The notes beneath the pieces were generated by a model that saw only the letters and a list, made by a program, of their open reading frames with translations, had not been told where the DNA came from and searched no databases. 64,000 bases of DNA, taken from NCBI RefSeq assembly GCF_009914755.1, contig NC_060937.1; one strand, 5' to 3'. Below are positions 60,648-64,000 of the stretch, piece after piece. Source of the stretch: the human T2T-CHM13v2.0 reference genome, Homo sapiens. Every line of letters begins with the position of its first letter. Within the stretch, counting starts at the first letter, position 1. Made by a program: the position numbers and the translations under genes.

Positions 60648-60772
60648 GTTTTTGTTTTTGGTTTTTGGGTTTTGAAACGGGGTCTCTCTCTGTCGCCCAG
60701 GCCAGAGCTCAGTGGAGCAATCACAGCTCACTGCAGCCTCGTCCTCCTGGGCTCAAGCCATCTTCCCACCTT
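60648..60772 (-). mobile_element. Partial Alu (single-arm fragment)
   Basis: T-rich tail, then gggtctctctctgtcgcccagg...gggctcaagccatcttcccacc. Confidence 0.82.
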
Positions 60773-62207
60773 GTTTGCTTTTTTAAAGTACAAAAAAAAA
60801 TTATCTGGAGAACTTTTAGGGGATTCTATAGACAAAACATTTTTTAGCTTTGGAGGGAAAAAATTGGTTTCATTCTCAAAACGGGGGAATGGAGAAGTAA
60901 GAGAAGGGAGACGAGTGAATGAAGGAAAAACAAATTAGGCAGTTAACACATACAAAGTATCTACCTCTGAGCTCTGCCTGGAGTTAGGAAAGGCTGTTCA
61001 CTGATCTTGTTCTTTTGAGCCATCCATAATTTGTAAAATTGTTATGATAATAAATAAGAAAAGACTTAAGAATTAACCTAGCTGAGTGTAAGTCTCAAGA
61101 ATGGACTGTGCCCCACACAACGTAGGAACTGAGAGGCCCCAGCAGCCGAGAGCAGGTAACAAGTCCTTCAAAGCAGAGAGCGTCCACTGACGGATCAGAG
61201 GATGCTAGAAACAGGCGGAACCCCCCTGCTCAGCAACAGAGGGCTCAGCTGCCTCCCAGCAGCACTAAATGAGGGGCCCTCGCCATGTCTAGTGCATCAT
61301 CCGTGCCTCTCTTGTTAGGAGATCATCTGAAGAACTAGGGTTACGGTGCTGCCAGCTGACTAATGACTGTTTTTCAGTTTTGTCAGGAAACAGAATTACC
61401 ACTCACCTTAATTTTGTAGCTTGTACCCAAGTTTGTGATGTCAATTGCCAAGACTAAGGAATGAAACATCTTCATACGAGGTCATCCCGGAGCCAACTCA
61501 TTGCCTGCTTTTTTTCTGTGTATGTTGGTGGTGTGGCGGGGACAGGATTGATAAGCACTGTCATCACAGCTGTATGAACATGATATTTTAGAAACATGTT
61601 TTAGTTGATGAGATTGGCATATCATGACTTACTAACTCTTTTTCAAAGACATGCAAGGTAGTTCTCATGATTTATATACACTTTCAACTCAAATCATTAT
61701 GAAAAGAAAGTTACAATTATATCTAAACTGAACCTGATGAGAAAATATTACACTCAAGTTGCACAGTATAATAATTTATTAATGAAAGGTTTTTACTAAC
61801 TTTTCAAGATGTGTAGCCCTATAATTGTTAGATTAATTTAGGTAAATCTAAGTATGACATTGAATTTAAAAAAGGAAGCGTTAAAATATAAACCATTTTG
61901 ATTTTTCCCCTATAATAGTGAATAATATTTTGAGCCCATTTTACGAGATAATCATTTCCAGATGCTGGAAAAAAAAAAACTTTAGTTGCACTTACTAATC
62001 TGTGAAATGTAGCAAATGAACCTTAAGCTACTTCAGGCCTTTGGGGGCCTGGTCCTCCTCTTTATTTCAAGGTCCAACCAAGTGTTTAACTCAAGTAGTT
62101 TTGCTTCTGTTTTTCTTTCCCAATCTAAATTCCAACCCACATTTCCCCCAACAGGCTAATTTTCCAACTAGAGGACACATTCACATCTCATAAAGAATTT
62201 GATTTTA

Positions 62208-62338
62208 GGCTGAGGCAGGAAGATGACTTGAGCCCAGGAGTTTGAGGCTTGAGGCTGCAGTGAGCTAGGATCACGCCGCTGCACTCCAGCCTGGGCAACA
62301 AAGCAAGACCCTGTCTCTTAAAAAATAAAATAAAATAA
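62208..62338 (+). mobile_element. Partial Alu (right arm, AluJ-like)
   Basis: ggctgaggcaggaagatgacttgagcccaggag...gaccctgtctcttaaaaaataaaa. Confidence 0.85.
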
Positions 62339-63831
62339 TTTGATTTCAGCAGCTCACTATTATGAACCAAAGCACAGGGCTTCTTGTTAATTTTATCCAT
62401 TCCACAGGTTTGTGTTCAATTAGCTTGGCTCCATGATGTGGGCTCGTTCATAGCTCAGGAAAACAACATGTGTCCATCTGGGAGGTGGAAAAGGAGCAGC
62501 TGTGGCCAAACAGCACTTCTGTCTTTACGTGGTGTAAGGCCATGATTTCAGCGCATGATGCATTTGTTTACACAACCTGCATTTCCACACACTAGTTTTC
62601 TTGTGGGTGATTTAAGATGACCCATAATCTGATGATAGTTATGGTTCCAGATAAAGCAAATAGGTGTGAGAGCCTTCTTTAGTTTGTATGACTCAATTTT
62701 AATCAAGTTTTTCCTATACACATCTCTCCAGAAGGGAACAAAACTGAGATATTTGGAACATTTTTTGCTGAGATATTTGAGAGAACAAAGCCAGCCTGTT
62801 TACCTACAGGAAAAGCATATCTTGAAGTTGTTTTTAATGCAACATTTAAAATGTCAACAGGAACAGACAGAAAGAAGGTTAGAAAACATATGAGAGGACC
62901 CTGGGTTCTAGTGTTTCAATCTATTGAAATGTCTACTTTTTCCTTATTGGCAAAATGAGGATAATTTGCCTCCCACAGAAGGGTTCATGTAGTTATTATA
63001 ATCATGTCAGTTAATCAACATATTTGATAAAACTATCTCCTGTTATTGGAAGTGTTTCATAAGATTTTACTTCTAAATAATCTCCTTAGACCTAGGAATA
63101 ATTTTTTTGCATACACTTAACCTGGTATGTCACCAATGCCAAATTAGTGGTAAGTTAGTGAAGGGTTAATACATGAAATTAATGTTCAGTGGTTTCACTT
63201 GTCCCCTTCCCGGCATTGACGTCAGTGCCCTTTGTGATGAGGACACGTCTAATGGCTACACTTTGCTGAGGATATTCTCCCGATAAGGACTGTGAGTATG
63301 CTAGGGAGATTGTTATAAGAGAAATCTTATTCCCAACTATTTCTGAACATTCTCTAATAGTTTAATGGAAGTACATTCAAAGACTAAGTTGGCAGATAAA
63401 GAATGGTACTATTCATTCATCTTTGTTCTTTGAAAGAAAGGAAATACAGAATCCTAAAATATTTACCTACAAATGCTTTAAAGGAACACAGTATAGAAGA
63501 AAGAAGCTTTAAATGTTTGAATAAGGTTGAAAGCCCACAAAAGAATTGTTGTTAATACATTATGATTGCTATGGGTTACGGTATCATCTTTTAAGTACTC
63601 TGCAGTTATTGGGTGACTACGAATTGTTATGAAAATATTTATTTTATCCTGAGATTACATGGGTAGCTGGATATTTGGATACTATTGAATGAGTTTCTTG
63701 TCCATATGCTATTATTATATCCATGTATACTACTAGTAAAAGTTATGCATAATAATTCTTTACCATTGAAATTTAGCAGATTTAACTTGTAAGACATTAT
63801 TTCTAAAGCTTCCTTTCTGTTGCTGTTTTAG

Positions 63832-63840
63832 GAAGCTTAA
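63832..63840 (+). CDS. TNFRSF19: TNFRSF19 terminal coding exon segment GAA GCT TAA (EA*), giving the ...SLQEA isoform
   Basis: Pyrimidine tract tcctttctgttgctgttttag|GAAGCTTAA; phase 0 matches the 59558 donor. Confidence 0.92.
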   Translation, partial: EA

Positions 63841-64000
63841 AGAACCTGCTTCTTTCTGCAGTAGAAGCGTGTGCTGGAACCCAAAGAGTACTCCTTTGTT
63901 AGGCTTATGGACTGAGCAGTCTGGACCTTGCATGGCTTCTGGGGCAAAAATAAATCTGAACCAAACTGACGGCATTTGAAGCCTTTCAGCCAGTTGCTTC
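63841..64000 (+). other. TNFRSF19: Start of the 3' UTR of the spliced TNFRSF19 isoform (probably continues beyond the window)
   Basis: Follows the TAA at 63838-63840; contains AATAAA at 63949-63954. Confidence 0.8.

Overview
Primate (human-like) genomic DNA containing the 3' two-thirds of TNFRSF19 (TROY/TAJ, TNF receptor superfamily) on the + strand. Seven coding exons can be read directly with canonical AG/GT boundaries and consistent phases: cysteine-rich domains at 6332-6510 and 17168-17253, transmembrane exon at 49509-49673, cytoplasmic exons at 50824-50949, 58441-58543 and 59153-59558/59585, and a terminal exon from 63832. The signal-peptide and first CRD exons lie upstream of the window. 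The introns hold typical primate repeats (about 17 Alus, L1 fragments, MaLR/ERV1 solo LTRs, Tigger/hAT fossils, L2/MIR, microsatellites); repeat family names are from recalled consensus sequences and many repeat boundaries are approximate. Almost all ORFs in the six-frame track are spurious or repeat-derived. I found no evidence of a new multi-gene system. The most notable signals are: a ~175-bp-arm inverted repeat at 44.3-45.1 kb that I could not assign to a repeat family; read-through and alternative-splicing options that would yield soluble, tailless or TRAF-motif-switched receptors, including a cryptic GC donor that would recreate the SLQEA terminus; and several perfect hairpins, some apparently made by template switching and carrying TCF/LEF motifs.
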